A stretch of 64,000 bases of DNA from a virus. Its lineage: Duplodnaviria > Caudoviricetes. The stretch is taken from positions 3,520 through 67,519 of the IMG/VR virus record IMGVR_UViG_3300019373_000210; one strand, given 5' to 3'. The position numbers and the translations under genes were made by a program. The notes beneath the pieces were generated by a model. That model was not told the origin of the DNA. It saw only the letters and a program-made list of their open reading frames with translations, and made no database searches. Within the stretch, counting starts at the first letter, position 1; the number at the start of each line of letters is the position of its first letter. Below are positions 8,641 to 18,310 of this stretch, in pieces.

Positions 8641-9600
8641 CTAGAATCCGCTCAGCCTGTGGCCGTACGCCATGTGTTGCGCGACGCATTCCTCGAATTC
8701 ATCTATCGTCGCTAGGAACTCTTCGGGCAACATCGCGTCTATGTCGTAGCCTTCGACAAGCTCGTCACACCATGCGGGCCATCCCAGCTTCTTCTTTCCT
8801 GTTTCCTCGTAGGGGCCTACACAATCTTCGTCGACGCGGATGACAACATCGTAATCGTCAGTGCCTTCACGGCGCAGCCACTCGCCATAGGGCCGATAGT
8901 AAGCCCAGGCAATGGAGCCAGCGATGGCAGCCTGCGTGTCAGAGTCACCGCCAAGAGATACGGCGTTGCGAACCGCGTCCTCGTAGCTATCTGATTCCAA
9001 GAAGCATTGGATGGCCTGTGGCACCGAACCCTGACAGGTCACGTCGAAGTCGTAGTCTGGGCGTATCGCATTGAGGGATGCAGGCAGCTCGTAGAAGTTA
9101 TCCTTCACGAATGCCCGGATCTCACCCCTCGTCTTTCCGGCTTTCGCCAGGAATATGCACGCTGCCACCGCTTGGGCACCCTTGACGCCCTCTGGATGGT
9201 TGTGTGTCACCTCGGCAGAGGCTTTTGCCAGCTCAAGCGCTTCACCAATCGTGTAGGCATAGAGCCCGCAGGGCGATACGCGCATTGCCGAGCCGTTGCC
9301 GTAGCTGTTGTAGGGTCGGGGGTCGGGCGATTCGAGCCATACCGCGAATCTGCCGCCGTATCCCGCATCTGGAAACCTGCGCCCCATGTCCTGCATCTCA
9401 GCAGCAAGTATTTCCTTGAAGGCGTCTAAGCTGCTGATGTATTGGTCGCGCCATTCCATCAGCGCCCGCGCAACCGCCACCGTCATCACCGTATCGTCGG
9501 TGAACTCGCAACCCTTCGACACGAAGGGGAAATCCTTGGTCTTGATGGGGCGAAACTCGTATTTCGACCCTACTATATCGCCTATTATTGCTCCGTACAT
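8641..9600 (-). CDS. ADP-ribosylglycohydrolase (ARH/DraG family)
   Basis: GAIIGDIVGS, FTDDTVMT, SYGNGSAMR, THNHPEG, LGGDSDT motifs. Confidence 0.92.
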   Translation of the reverse strand: MYGAIIGDIVGSKYEFRPIKTKDFPFVSKGCEFTDDTVMTVAVARALMEWRDQYISSLDAFKEILAAEMQDMGRRFPDAGYGGRFAVWLESPDPRPYNSYGNGSAMRVSPCGLYAYTIGEALELAKASAEVTHNHPEGVKGAQAVAACIFLAKAGKTRGEIRAFVKDNFYELPASLNAIRPDYDFDVTCQGSVPQAIQCFLESDSYEDAVRNAVSLGGDSDTQAAIAGSIAWAYYRPYGEWLRREGTDDYDVVIRVDEDCVGPYEETGKKKLGWPAWCDELVEGYDIDAMLPEEFLATIDEFEECVAQHMAYGHRLSGF

Positions 9601-9645
9601 GCCGAACCTCGCTTCGTCCGCGTTCCCGTAATTGTAACTGTACGC

Positions 9646-10347
9646 CTAGCGACGGCCGAAAATCCCGAGCTTCCTCTTGGACTTGCCGCCGATTGCGTCG
9701 CCAGCACCTCGACTCGCCAGATCTTTGTCGATGTCGCGCTTCCATGATCCGGCCGGCATCGGAGCGCCTGCGCGCATCGCCACGGTCGCCGCACATTGCG
9801 CGCGGTGCATGACGCGCGTGCCCTCTTCGTCCGCCACATAGGTCGCGGCGAAATCGGGGGAGATCCCGAACCGCCCCGCTTCAGCTGCGGCGTCGATGTT
9901 CGCGCCAAGGAATAGGAAGTTCCAGCCCTCCTTTTCCTTGCTCGTGATCATCGCCTTGACCCGCTCGTAGTTGTATTCGCGGCTTGCGTTCTCCATCCCG
10001 TCGGTCGTGATAACCACTATGGTGTGCTCGGGACGACATTCTTCGGGAAGGTACCCGTGTACTCGTCCGATGTGGTTCACGGCGCCTCCCACGGCATCGA
10101 GCAGCGCCGTGCATCCGCGAACCCAGTACTCTTTCTCGGTGATGGGGGCCACCTCGGCGATGGGAATCCGGTCGTGAAGTACCTCTATCTCGTTGTCGAA
10201 GAGAATTGTGGATACCAGCGCCTCGCCCTCTTCCTTGCGATGGGCATCCAGCGTCGCGTTGAAGCCTCCGATCGTGTCGCTCTCCAACCCGCCCATCGAC
10301 CCGCTGCGATCGACTACGAACACCAGCTCTGTCAGACCTTCTTTCAT
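9646..10347 (-). CDS. vWA-domain protein
   Basis: MIDAS DRSGSM, TALLDAVG, ITTDGMENAS. Confidence 0.9.
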   Translation of the reverse strand: MKEGLTELVFVVDRSGSMGGLESDTIGGFNATLDAHRKEEGEALVSTILFDNEIEVLHDRIPIAEVAPITEKEYWVRGCTALLDAVGGAVNHIGRVHGYLPEECRPEHTIVVITTDGMENASREYNYERVKAMITSKEKEGWNFLFLGANIDAAAEAGRFGISPDFAATYVADEEGTRVMHRAQCAATVAMRAGAPMPAGSWKRDIDKDLASRGAGDAIGGKSKRKLGIFGRR

Positions 10348-10458
10348 GATGTGCCCTTCCTCTCGTGCGCACGACTCATTGCCGTCCGCTGCTTACAGGA
10401 AGGACTTTACGGCTATGGCACCTCCGGTAGGTCAAGTGGCAGTTGACATATCGCAACG

Positions 10459-11583
10459 CTAGAGAATCGGCTGGTCGAAAGCGTAAAGCGCCTCGTTTAT
10501 CTCGAAGATGTCGTAGCTGCCCCGCTCGATGAAGTACTCCACGATGACATCGGATTTGCTGCTGTGCGAAAGCGTGAAACCAGCCCTCGCCAGAAGGCTT
10601 TTCGTCTCGCCCAGGTCCAGGCCCAGAGCTATCGCGAGTGCCAGCGCCGTCTTCTTGGTGGGGCGATAGTTTGCGTCTGATCGGATATTGCTGAACAGCT
10701 GCCGGCTCATGTTCGCCCTCTTGTACACTTGCACGTCCGTCATGCCGCGCTCGTCGATGAGCGCGAGCAGCGTAGTCGAGAACGGCTCGTCGAGCGAGCT
10801 CAGCAAATCCTCCAAACTCCTTTGCCCTGCTGGTGCAGCGGCCATTGTCGGCATCGGTGTGGCGGCCTCTTCGGCTTCCGGTCTATCCCGGCCAGCCTTC
10901 ACGCCCTCTATCGCCTCTCCCAAGCGCGAAGCCAAGCCCCGTCTCTGCTTTGCCCGACGGTCTCCCGGCTCTTGTGCGCTTGCAACAATGGGCCGCGAAG
11001 GCAACATGGAAGGTGCGTTCAACACCATGCTTTCCATTGAGAAGCCGCTATCGACATAGTGGTCGTCGATGTACTCGGAGATCTCAAGGTAAGCATCCAT
11101 CCCGGCCGCCACAGACTCGCGGCTGTAGAGCACCAGACGTACATCGATGTCCTCGCGTCTGTTGAGAAACGTCCTGATTGACTCGCGCGCCACAGCAAGC
11201 GATATGCTCGCCGGGAAACCGTAGGTTCCCGCCGATATGAGGGGCAACGCAATCGAGCGGGCTCCTCCCGAAGCAGCGCATTCGAGGGCGGAATCGTAAG
11301 CGCTCCTCAGGAAGTCCGCTTCGCCCCGCGAACCGCCCATCCAAATCGGCCCAACGGCATGGACCACAATCTTGGCATCAAGCCCGAAAGCGGGCGTCGC
11401 CACAGCTGATCCGCAAGGACAGAATCCAATCTCGTTACAAGCTGCCTGCAGTTCGTCTAAGCCGGCGACCAGCGCAACGGTCCGCCCAACACCTCCGGTT
11501 ATCTGTAGACGCTCGTTTGCGGCCACAACAATGGCATCCGCCTTAACAGTAGCGAGGTTATTTCGCTCTATCGTGAAAGGCAT
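10459..11583 (-). CDS. Macrodomain plus C-terminal Cro/C1-type HTH protein
   Basis: IVVAANERL...GGVG, VHAVGP, IALPLISAGTYGFP; C-terminal VYKRANMSRQLFSNIR. Confidence 0.9.
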   Translation of the reverse strand: MPFTIERNNLATVKADAIVVAANERLQITGGVGRTVALVAGLDELQAACNEIGFCPCGSAVATPAFGLDAKIVVHAVGPIWMGGSRGEADFLRSAYDSALECAASGGARSIALPLISAGTYGFPASISLAVARESIRTFLNRREDIDVRLVLYSRESVAAGMDAYLEISEYIDDHYVDSGFSMESMVLNAPSMLPSRPIVASAQEPGDRRAKQRRGLASRLGEAIEGVKAGRDRPEAEEAATPMPTMAAAPAGQRSLEDLLSSLDEPFSTTLLALIDERGMTDVQVYKRANMSRQLFSNIRSDANYRPTKKTALALAIALGLDLGETKSLLARAGFTLSHSSKSDVIVEYFIERGSYDIFEINEALYAFDQPIL

Positions 11584-11628
11584 GAAGAAGCCCCCTGTCC
11601 CGAAGATTGATCGACTCGCCCCACAGGC

Positions 11629-12627
11629 TTATAGCACGATTGGTATCTCAACTTGTGTAACGAAACATTCTTGCTGCTCATAGTTCGCATCAAGGATTCG
11701 GCCCAACAACTTGTTTACAGCCAGGCTTGGAATATTAACCCCGCTGCCGGCGCATGTCATATGGATACCGCCTGACATGCGTGTATTAACCTCAAGTAGG
11801 TACGGAATACCATCTCTAATCTTAAACTGAATATTGCAAGGGTTTTCAAGCTTGAAGCTTTTGACGACCGCTTTGCACGTTTCAATGAGGTCGGAATCGT
11901 ATCTGATCTGCTCAACACGGCTCTCCGTTTTCACGCGAGGTATAGCAATCAGCCTTTCTGGCATAGCAAGACAATCGATGCTAATCTCGTCCCCAGGAAG
12001 ATAGGGCATTACCATCATCGGTGAAAACTCGCTTCGTTCAGAAAGGCAAGCCCTCGCTTCGTCAAAAGTTATGCGAGTCGTCTTCTTCTTGAAAAGCGTT
12101 TCGTAGCCTTTTGCACGATTGTCAATCCTACGATAACTCTTACCGCCCTCGTCTTTTACGAATTTGAAGCAAACGGAACCAAACTTTTCAGTCAATTCCT
12201 GATAAGCCTTCTCGAATTCGCCTACATTTGTTACCAGCCGATATTCCGGAACAATCCCGAGCCCCCGATTCGAGAATTCTTCGTATGCTTTTACCTTATC
12301 GTTCAGTATTCGCACAGTATCGTATTCGTCAACCATAACCCGTACGCCGGCTTCATCGAATATGTTCCTGTATTCGCTTATCGTCGTCAGATGCCGACGA
12401 GGCATGAAAACAGTTACCTCGTGATCAAGGCAGAATTGTAAGCAAAATTCTGCGTAGTCTTTTCCTTTAATGACGGGCTCTTTGTACCATTCGTCGCATA
12501 TGGCCTTAATAGGAGAAAGGTCATTCTCGTTCGTGCTTATAATGCGGAATGCCGGGTTATCTGCCTTTATGAGCCTCACGATATCGTAGGCGGTGCTAAA
12601 CCAATGATTAAGCCAAATAGTTTCCAC
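11629..12627 (-). CDS. ATP-grasp enzyme (Ter-cluster type)
   Basis: CFKFVKDEGGKSY, MPYLPGDEISID, LEVNTRMSGG. Confidence 0.85.
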   Translation of the reverse strand: METIWLNHWFSTAYDIVRLIKADNPAFRIISTNENDLSPIKAICDEWYKEPVIKGKDYAEFCLQFCLDHEVTVFMPRRHLTTISEYRNIFDEAGVRVMVDEYDTVRILNDKVKAYEEFSNRGLGIVPEYRLVTNVGEFEKAYQELTEKFGSVCFKFVKDEGGKSYRRIDNRAKGYETLFKKKTTRITFDEARACLSERSEFSPMMVMPYLPGDEISIDCLAMPERLIAIPRVKTESRVEQIRYDSDLIETCKAVVKSFKLENPCNIQFKIRDGIPYLLEVNTRMSGGIHMTCAGSGVNIPSLAVNKLLGRILDANYEQQECFVTQVEIPIVL

Positions 12628-12675
12628 TCGATTCCTCGTCTTTCCCGAAACGCAATCGCTATCTATTGCGGGCCC

Positions 12676-13242
12676 TTAGAAAAGGCCGAGAAGGAAGAAA
12701 GCAACGAGAGCGACGATGAGCACCAATGTCCCTATGCCCATTACCGACCCAGCAACAGCAGTGGTGGTGGACACCTTGTCATTGCGTTTGTCTATGGCGT
12801 AGTAGTACTCAAACATCTCTTCGACTTGCTCTGGGCTATACGATCCATCGGCTTGCAGGGCCTGATTCCTCGTTTTTGGCTCCGTTATCGCTATGTGTTC
12901 GATGCTCCTCATTGAGACCAGGATGTAGATTGCTATCGCCAGCAAGATAGCCAAGTAAATCGCTACCGCCCATAGAACGGGTGTTCCATGGCCCATGCCG
13001 ATTACGACACATGTCAAAACGAACCAAATGGAGAACCAAAACAGAGCATGCCTGTATTTCTTTAGAAGCGAAAGGGTCCTTTGATATTCGCTTTCTTCAA
13101 CTGTGCACTTTTCAATCAGGTTCTCGATGATTTGACGTAAATCCTCGGCGTCTGTTATTGCAGCCACGTTGGCACTCATTTTGCTCATCACCTCTTTAAT
13201 CGGCGGCGTATTGCGCCTCGACCTCATATAATTGGCTCGCAA
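12676..13242 (-). CDS. Membrane protein, about 3 TM helices
   Basis: Hydrophobic stretches ALFWFSIWFVLTCVVIG, VLWAVAIYLAILLAIAIYILV, C-terminal VMGIGTLVLIVALVAFFLLGLF. Confidence 0.75.
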   Translation of the reverse strand: MRANYMRSRRNTPPIKEVMSKMSANVAAITDAEDLRQIIENLIEKCTVEESEYQRTLSLLKKYRHALFWFSIWFVLTCVVIGMGHGTPVLWAVAIYLAILLAIAIYILVSMRSIEHIAITEPKTRNQALQADGSYSPEQVEEMFEYYYAIDKRNDKVSTTTAVAGSVMGIGTLVLIVALVAFFLLGLF

Positions 13243-13957
13243 CGAACTCTTCGAACGATCTCCCTTCGGGACACGCTATCCATCCTTCATATCGAGCATT
13301 CTGCTCGTCTTTCAAAAGCTGTTTGGGCGCTATTGCTACATCGCATTCTACAAGCATTGCGATGTCGTTGATACTGTCGCCGGCACCAATAATGTAAGCA
13401 TCTGGAACGCGTTCTCTTATCTGTTTAATCGCAAATCCCTTATTTAGCCCTTTCGGAAACAGGTATGCCTTCTTCCGGTCCTGGAAGAAGGTGAAATAAT
13501 CCAGCTTTCCATCAGCAAGCTGGGACGCATCGCGTTCGGGCCTATCTACGTAGGCCAGCACGTAGCATCCGTCGACAATAACGCATCGTTTGACGTAAGA
13601 AGTGTTTTCAATCTCGCACGCAACATCATGCAAGCTCCTTGCAGCGTCGTCTTCAAATTGCAGGAATAGTTTTTTGGCGTCACCGCCACACAACCTGATT
13701 CCTCCATTGGCAACATAAGCTGTTTCAAGTCTTACCCCGCCCCATTCTATGCGGCTGAATTGCTCGACGGATCGGCTAGTGACGGGTATGACGATTCCGC
13801 ATTTGCTTGCATGAACCAACGCATTGCGCATTTCCGGTAGCATGAACCCTCGATCTTCGCCATCGATTCGCTCAATACATAAATCACCCGTAACGCGGCC
13901 CCTGCGGGAGTGCATCACTGTTCCGTCTAGGTCAAGGGCGAATACAAGTGGCTTCAT
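13196..13957 (-). CDS. HAD-superfamily (Cof/IIB-like) phosphatase
   Basis: DLDGT, VTSRS, KG, GAGDSINDIAML. Confidence 0.88.
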   Translation of the reverse strand: MKPLVFALDLDGTVMHSRRGRVTGDLCIERIDGEDRGFMLPEMRNALVHASKCGIVIPVTSRSVEQFSRIEWGGVRLETAYVANGGIRLCGGDAKKLFLQFEDDAARSLHDVACEIENTSYVKRCVIVDGCYVLAYVDRPERDASQLADGKLDYFTFFQDRKKAYLFPKGLNKGFAIKQIRERVPDAYIIGAGDSINDIAMLVECDVAIAPKQLLKDEQNARYEGWIACPEGRSFEEFVASQLYEVEAQYAAD

Positions 13958-15024
13958 TAGCTATCGGCCATTTCCCGAATGAGCCCGCAGGCCCTGTAGT
14001 TCGCCAGCTCGTATTCCTCCACCTCAACTCCTTTTTCGCGTGCAAGCTGGAAAACATGTCCAAGATTCTCGACATCGTCGAGACTCCAAACCAGGATCTT
14101 CCACGGTATCCTTCTGAGCAAAACTCGGGTGGCCTCTCCAATTCCCGGTTTTATCAGGTTGATGTCATCTATGCCAAAATCCTCTGCGATCGCCATCACT
14201 TCGGATATCCCGTCTCGCTTTTCGGGAGTTTCTTTTACAGGGGACACGACAGCTTTATCGAAAAGGCTCTCGATAGCTTCGATGAACTCGTAAGTTCTAT
14301 CTTCACATTTCAGCTCCTCATAGAAAGCTACGCCGTGAAAATCGTCACTTCCGATGATGTCGCTGCGGTAAAAAGTCCTACTGATAAGCCCCGATATAGT
14401 TGCGTTAAGGCACGAGCTGGCAATCAGAAAATCATCGCGAGACCCGCACATGCGAGTAACGTAAGCAGGATCCGACAAGACCGCAAGCTCGGGTTCGACC
14501 CCCGCATAATCCAGCATAGCCTGATTGAGTTCTCGCTGTATCGCTCCCTTGCCAACCCAACCATCAACGAACTGGATGTCTGCCGCTTTGTGCCTCGAAA
14601 GCAAGTATCTCATCGCATTGCCGTCGATGCCCTTTCCCCGAATAATCGAGATTGCGTAATGAGGTGGATCGATGGCAAATTTATTTCGAAGATAATGCTT
14701 GATGAGAACCCCGATGGATATACCGGCACGGGCCAGCGACACGAGCACGACATTTTCCCCTTTTACCTCAACTATCTTGTGCGCAACGGTGGCAACTGCA
14801 TCTGCCACGTTTTGCGCGTATCGATTCAATGCGATTTCGTATTGCTCGACGTACTTTTCCGTAGGCACATATTCCAACGGAAGCATTTCGGAGTAATGGA
14901 CACCGCTTTGAATCAGCGGCTCGCGCTTTTCCGCTGGCAGGGGCTCTACGACCCCCGTGATGTCTTTGAGCAGTAGCGTGACGTCGTCGCTGCGGTACGT
15001 TCCAAGGCTCATATCATCACCCAA
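13957..15024 (-). CDS. StiP-family cysteine protease with C-terminal PELOTA-like domain
   Basis: HYSEMLPLEY, LVSLARAG, FVDGWVGKGAI, DFLIASSCLNATISGLISRT, IKPGIGEATRVLLRR. Confidence 0.85.
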   Translation of the reverse strand: MGDDMSLGTYRSDDVTLLLKDITGVVEPLPAEKREPLIQSGVHYSEMLPLEYVPTEKYVEQYEIALNRYAQNVADAVATVAHKIVEVKGENVVLVSLARAGISIGVLIKHYLRNKFAIDPPHYAISIIRGKGIDGNAMRYLLSRHKAADIQFVDGWVGKGAIQRELNQAMLDYAGVEPELAVLSDPAYVTRMCGSRDDFLIASSCLNATISGLISRTFYRSDIIGSDDFHGVAFYEELKCEDRTYEFIEAIESLFDKAVVSPVKETPEKRDGISEVMAIAEDFGIDDINLIKPGIGEATRVLLRRIPWKILVWSLDDVENLGHVFQLAREKGVEVEEYELANYRACGLIREMADS

Positions 15025-16133
15025 TAAACCAATTCACACCCATGAGCGCGAAGCACGCTTACCATATCGCTCATACCAGCTGACAGAGTATCGTTGTGGG
15101 CATCCGAAATGATGATGGCCGCATCGTAATGCCGTAGGTTATAAAGAAATACCTTGCGGTCAGAATCGTACACGCTACGCATGGAGTAACCGTTTTGGAT
15201 GGGGTAGTTCGCCGTTGCCGACGTTCTGATTGGGCTCCTGGTAGTGGCATGGCAGAACGTCTTATACCCAGAGCTCGATTCTTCAATTTCCATCCCTGCT
15301 ATCAGTGACGGAAACATGCACTCTTCAGTACCGAGGATTACTATTTCCGAGCCTTGATTAATTTGCCGTTCAACCAGCTGTGCCAGCTTTATAAATTGTC
15401 GCTGGCAAGCCTTCCGATACTCACCAGCTCTTAAGCCTTTTCTGGGATCAGGAATCGAGTTGCGAAAATCTATGACTTCAGTTGGTCCTTTCGAGCCTTT
15501 GCTGACAGCTAATGCCCGTTTCCCATCTATGCCTTCAATTGAAGCATGAACATCCAGGTTGTTTGCAGCCGTCAAGTAGTGCAAGGATACGCCTTTGGCC
15601 TCTAAGCCCCTAATCGCGCTTTCGTCCATTCTGTTCACTACCGAGGCAGCATGAATCAAAGTCTGTTCCTGAATGCCTCCCAATTTGCGAACAGCCTCGA
15701 TGGCGTTGGTAAGCGTCTTGCCAGTGGAGTATTCGTCATCAATGAAAACTAAATGTTTAATTGATCCCAAATGCTCCGATAGCTCGTTGGCAAATAGGTG
15801 GTGGTGCATAGCGTGGCTATGGCTCTCTTCAAAATCGACGCTGTTCATGCCCTCGGGAACCTGGGCTCTTGTGCTGTGTATGTAAAAGCATCCATCGCCA
15901 ATGCAGCACGCTACAGCAGCCCCAATAGCGGTGGCAGTCTCCGCAAAAGCGATTACGGCTACTTCGTCTTTGGCGTCTATAGTATCAGCAAGCGATGCCA
16001 TCATGCCCAAAGCCTGACTGGGCTTCGTCGGTATATGCTTTGCTTGGTATCTGTTGACGATGAGGTAAGGACGCTTCAGATTGCCATCTCGCCTCGCAAC
16101 CTCGATTCCATCAAAATCGAAGTCCTCACCCAT
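15009..16133 (-). CDS. Phosphoribosyltransferase (PRTase_2) with TRSP domain
   Basis: KHIPTKP, FAETATAIG, EESHSHA, VFIDDEYSTGKT, LGTEECM, TTRSPI; start ATG 16133 chosen. Confidence 0.85.
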   Translation of the reverse strand: MGEDFDFDGIEVARRDGNLKRPYLIVNRYQAKHIPTKPSQALGMMASLADTIDAKDEVAVIAFAETATAIGAAVACCIGDGCFYIHSTRAQVPEGMNSVDFEESHSHAMHHHLFANELSEHLGSIKHLVFIDDEYSTGKTLTNAIEAVRKLGGIQEQTLIHAASVVNRMDESAIRGLEAKGVSLHYLTAANNLDVHASIEGIDGKRALAVSKGSKGPTEVIDFRNSIPDPRKGLRAGEYRKACQRQFIKLAQLVERQINQGSEIVILGTEECMFPSLIAGMEIEESSSGYKTFCHATTRSPIRTSATANYPIQNGYSMRSVYDSDRKVFLYNLRHYDAAIIISDAHNDTLSAGMSDMVSVLRAHGCELVYWVMI

Positions 16134-17103
16134 CTTTAACTCCATACACATTGGCCAAACATAGTATTTTTCGCGCCCATTTAGAGTGGCACTTCAATTC
16201 ATTCATTCTGTCTTGTCTGCATCCTCCCGAAACAGCGTTATTGCCGTTATCCCAATGAATAACGGCTTTAGCGTCTTCGAAGTCTTCTCGCGTCACCATG
16301 AGCGCATCGTGGATAACGGGAAGTTGACTCGGGTGTATCGCCGTCTTGCCAACAAAGCCATTGATGGCGTCAAGAGCCATTTCTGCTCGGAGGCCATTCT
16401 CCCAGGCATCACCACGAGAACCGTAATACTCCCATACAGGACCAGATACGACATAGTCACGGCCGAAAACGTTAACGATATCAACCAAGGCATCTCGCAC
16501 TACGCCAACATCGTATATCGTCTGAGAAACGCTTCGTCTAATGCCAAAATGGGAACAAAGATCGTTGCCCCCAACGCGAATGTTTAGCACCAGCTCATGG
16601 TAAAAGCCGATGGTCATCGCCAACTTAGAAAGCGTCTCTATACGCGCTTCGGAACGCGATATCGATGCGCTCTCCAGAATCGGCATGCAGTATAGCTGCT
16701 TTCGCCGGCCCGCATTGATGCCCCCAAGGGTATCGAGGTAGGCATCGGCGTTGTAGGCATCGAACTTTGGAAAAACGTAGCCGGTCAGCATTTGCTCCAG
16801 GTCACCAAGGAAATCGTGCATGTGAGCCAAATGCTGCGGATTTCTAACGCGTACGAACATCAGTGGTCTGTTAGGGACACTGACCTCGGATAGCTCGGCC
16901 AATGTTTCCGCTAATTGCCGTTCGGCTTCTGGCACTGCCGCATCCATAATTGCGTCTTCGAGGCAGAATGCAATCGAGCTAAGTCCCGGAATCCCGCCAC
17001 CCGCAATCTTGGTGGCAACAGTTTCATTTGTTGCAGGAGTGTAGAGCAATCCGCCCACCCTGTAGGGAAGCAGGCTGTCGGTCTGAGCTATGTCGCGAAT
17101 CAT
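16126..17103 (-). CDS. HpcH/HpaI aldolase / citrate-lyase-like enzyme (Ter-cluster type)
   Basis: GGLLYTPA, FCLEDAI, VFPKFD, MPILES, RVGGNDL, GKTAIHPSQ. Confidence 0.85.
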   Translation of the reverse strand: MIRDIAQTDSLLPYRVGGLLYTPATNETVATKIAGGGIPGLSSIAFCLEDAIMDAAVPEAERQLAETLAELSEVSVPNRPLMFVRVRNPQHLAHMHDFLGDLEQMLTGYVFPKFDAYNADAYLDTLGGINAGRRKQLYCMPILESASISRSEARIETLSKLAMTIGFYHELVLNIRVGGNDLCSHFGIRRSVSQTIYDVGVVRDALVDIVNVFGRDYVVSGPVWEYYGSRGDAWENGLRAEMALDAINGFVGKTAIHPSQLPVIHDALMVTREDFEDAKAVIHWDNGNNAVSGGCRQDRMNELKCHSKWARKILCLANVYGVKDG

Positions 17104-17110
17104 TTAGCCC

Positions 17111-17335
17111 TCACCGCCCGGGCTTGAAAAGGCCTCCCGTAAAAGGAAGGGCAGATGTATCGAGCGGTTCGCATTTTTCGGACTCCTTAGGTAATACTGG
17201 GCAAATCGCAAACTTGTATGATAACAGCTGCGCCCGTGACAAAGAAGCCCGATGCTTTGATTTCCGTATATCGACAACCCTTCTGGATGCGACCTGCAAT
17301 CCTATAGAAACTGAAAGATGAGTGTTTACGCCCAT
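17111..17335 (-). CDS. Possible 74-aa hypothetical protein
   Basis: Exactly fills the gap between the Sel1 and HpcH genes; no recognisable motif. Confidence 0.3.
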   Translation of the reverse strand: MGVNTHLSVSIGLQVASRRVVDIRKSKHRASLSRAQLLSYKFAICPVLPKESEKCEPLDTSALPFTGGLFKPGR

Positions 17336-18231
17336 TTCTCGCCAAGATCCTCCAGTTTTCTCCTTGCGTCATCATGTCCCAGTGAGGCAGCGGAGCGCAG
17401 CCATTTTTTGGCATTCTGCATGTCTCTTCTGACGCCTTGGCCCGTCGCTAGGGCCATCGCCACAGCATACTGCGCGTAAACATGCCCCTCGTTCGCCGCC
17501 TCAAGATATCGGTTGAAAGCCTTGTCGTATTCGGTGTTTCCTCGATAAATCTCACCGAGAGTGAAAAGGGCGTTCGGATCATCCAGCTCTTTCAGAATTG
17601 AAACCGCTCGCCTCGGGTCTTTTTCGATATCCAGCCCTTTCCACAACCGATTCGCCAGGTCCAAGCAGGCTTTAACATCGCCATTTTCTGCGGCCAGTTC
17701 GAGATATCGCATGCCCTTTGCAGCATCCCGGGAAACGCCTTTCCCCTTTAGATAGCTACTCGCCATGAAGATGAGCGACTCTGAACTGCCTTCATGCCAC
17801 GCCTCCTCAAGCAGCAAAAGCGCAATGGGCATATTCTTATCTTTCGGAAACAATCGATAATATTCCATGCCCTTTGCGTGCGTTTCTGCAGGATCAAGGG
17901 GCTCAGTGAGGCGCCTATCGAGCGTTCCTAGCAGTTTCTTAATCAGTTCGAGCAAGGCGATTCGGTCGTCAGCGCTAATAGGCAATTGCGCAATGGCCTC
18001 GCAAGCTCTTGAAAGCAATGAGGCCGGCGATTCATGCATTGCGGAGCCTTCGGCAATAGACTTGAAACCATTTGCGCGGGCGAATTCACGAATTTTGCGT
18101 TGCTCTGAGGGGAAAGCTGGCGCGTAATCACTAAGAATCGCAATAAACCGGGGCGTATCGTTGAGCGTAGCTACGCCATAATCGTTCAGAACAGCTGCAA
18201 ACGCCTCCTCTATCGTGTTGAATGCTTTCAT
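17326..18231 (-). CDS. Sel1-repeat protein
   Basis: C-terminal YLKGKGVSRDAAKG, LWKGLDIEKD, ALATGQGVRRD repeats; start ATG 18231 with GGAAGG RBS. Confidence 0.88.
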   Translation of the reverse strand: MKAFNTIEEAFAAVLNDYGVATLNDTPRFIAILSDYAPAFPSEQRKIREFARANGFKSIAEGSAMHESPASLLSRACEAIAQLPISADDRIALLELIKKLLGTLDRRLTEPLDPAETHAKGMEYYRLFPKDKNMPIALLLLEEAWHEGSSESLIFMASSYLKGKGVSRDAAKGMRYLELAAENGDVKACLDLANRLWKGLDIEKDPRRAVSILKELDDPNALFTLGEIYRGNTEYDKAFNRYLEAANEGHVYAQYAVAMALATGQGVRRDMQNAKKWLRSAASLGHDDARRKLEDLGEKWA

Positions 18232-18310
18232 TTGCCTTCCCGGTCTCGATGCCTTTTCGTTTCTTGAAGCCCTTTCGATAAACAAAGGGCTGCCCGGATT
18301 GCGTGTTGGG

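Noticed and set aside
10420-10457. ACCT-N5-AGGT and GTTG..CAAC as operators of macro-HTH
   Set aside because: Arms of only 4 bp; not distinguishable from chance without comparative data
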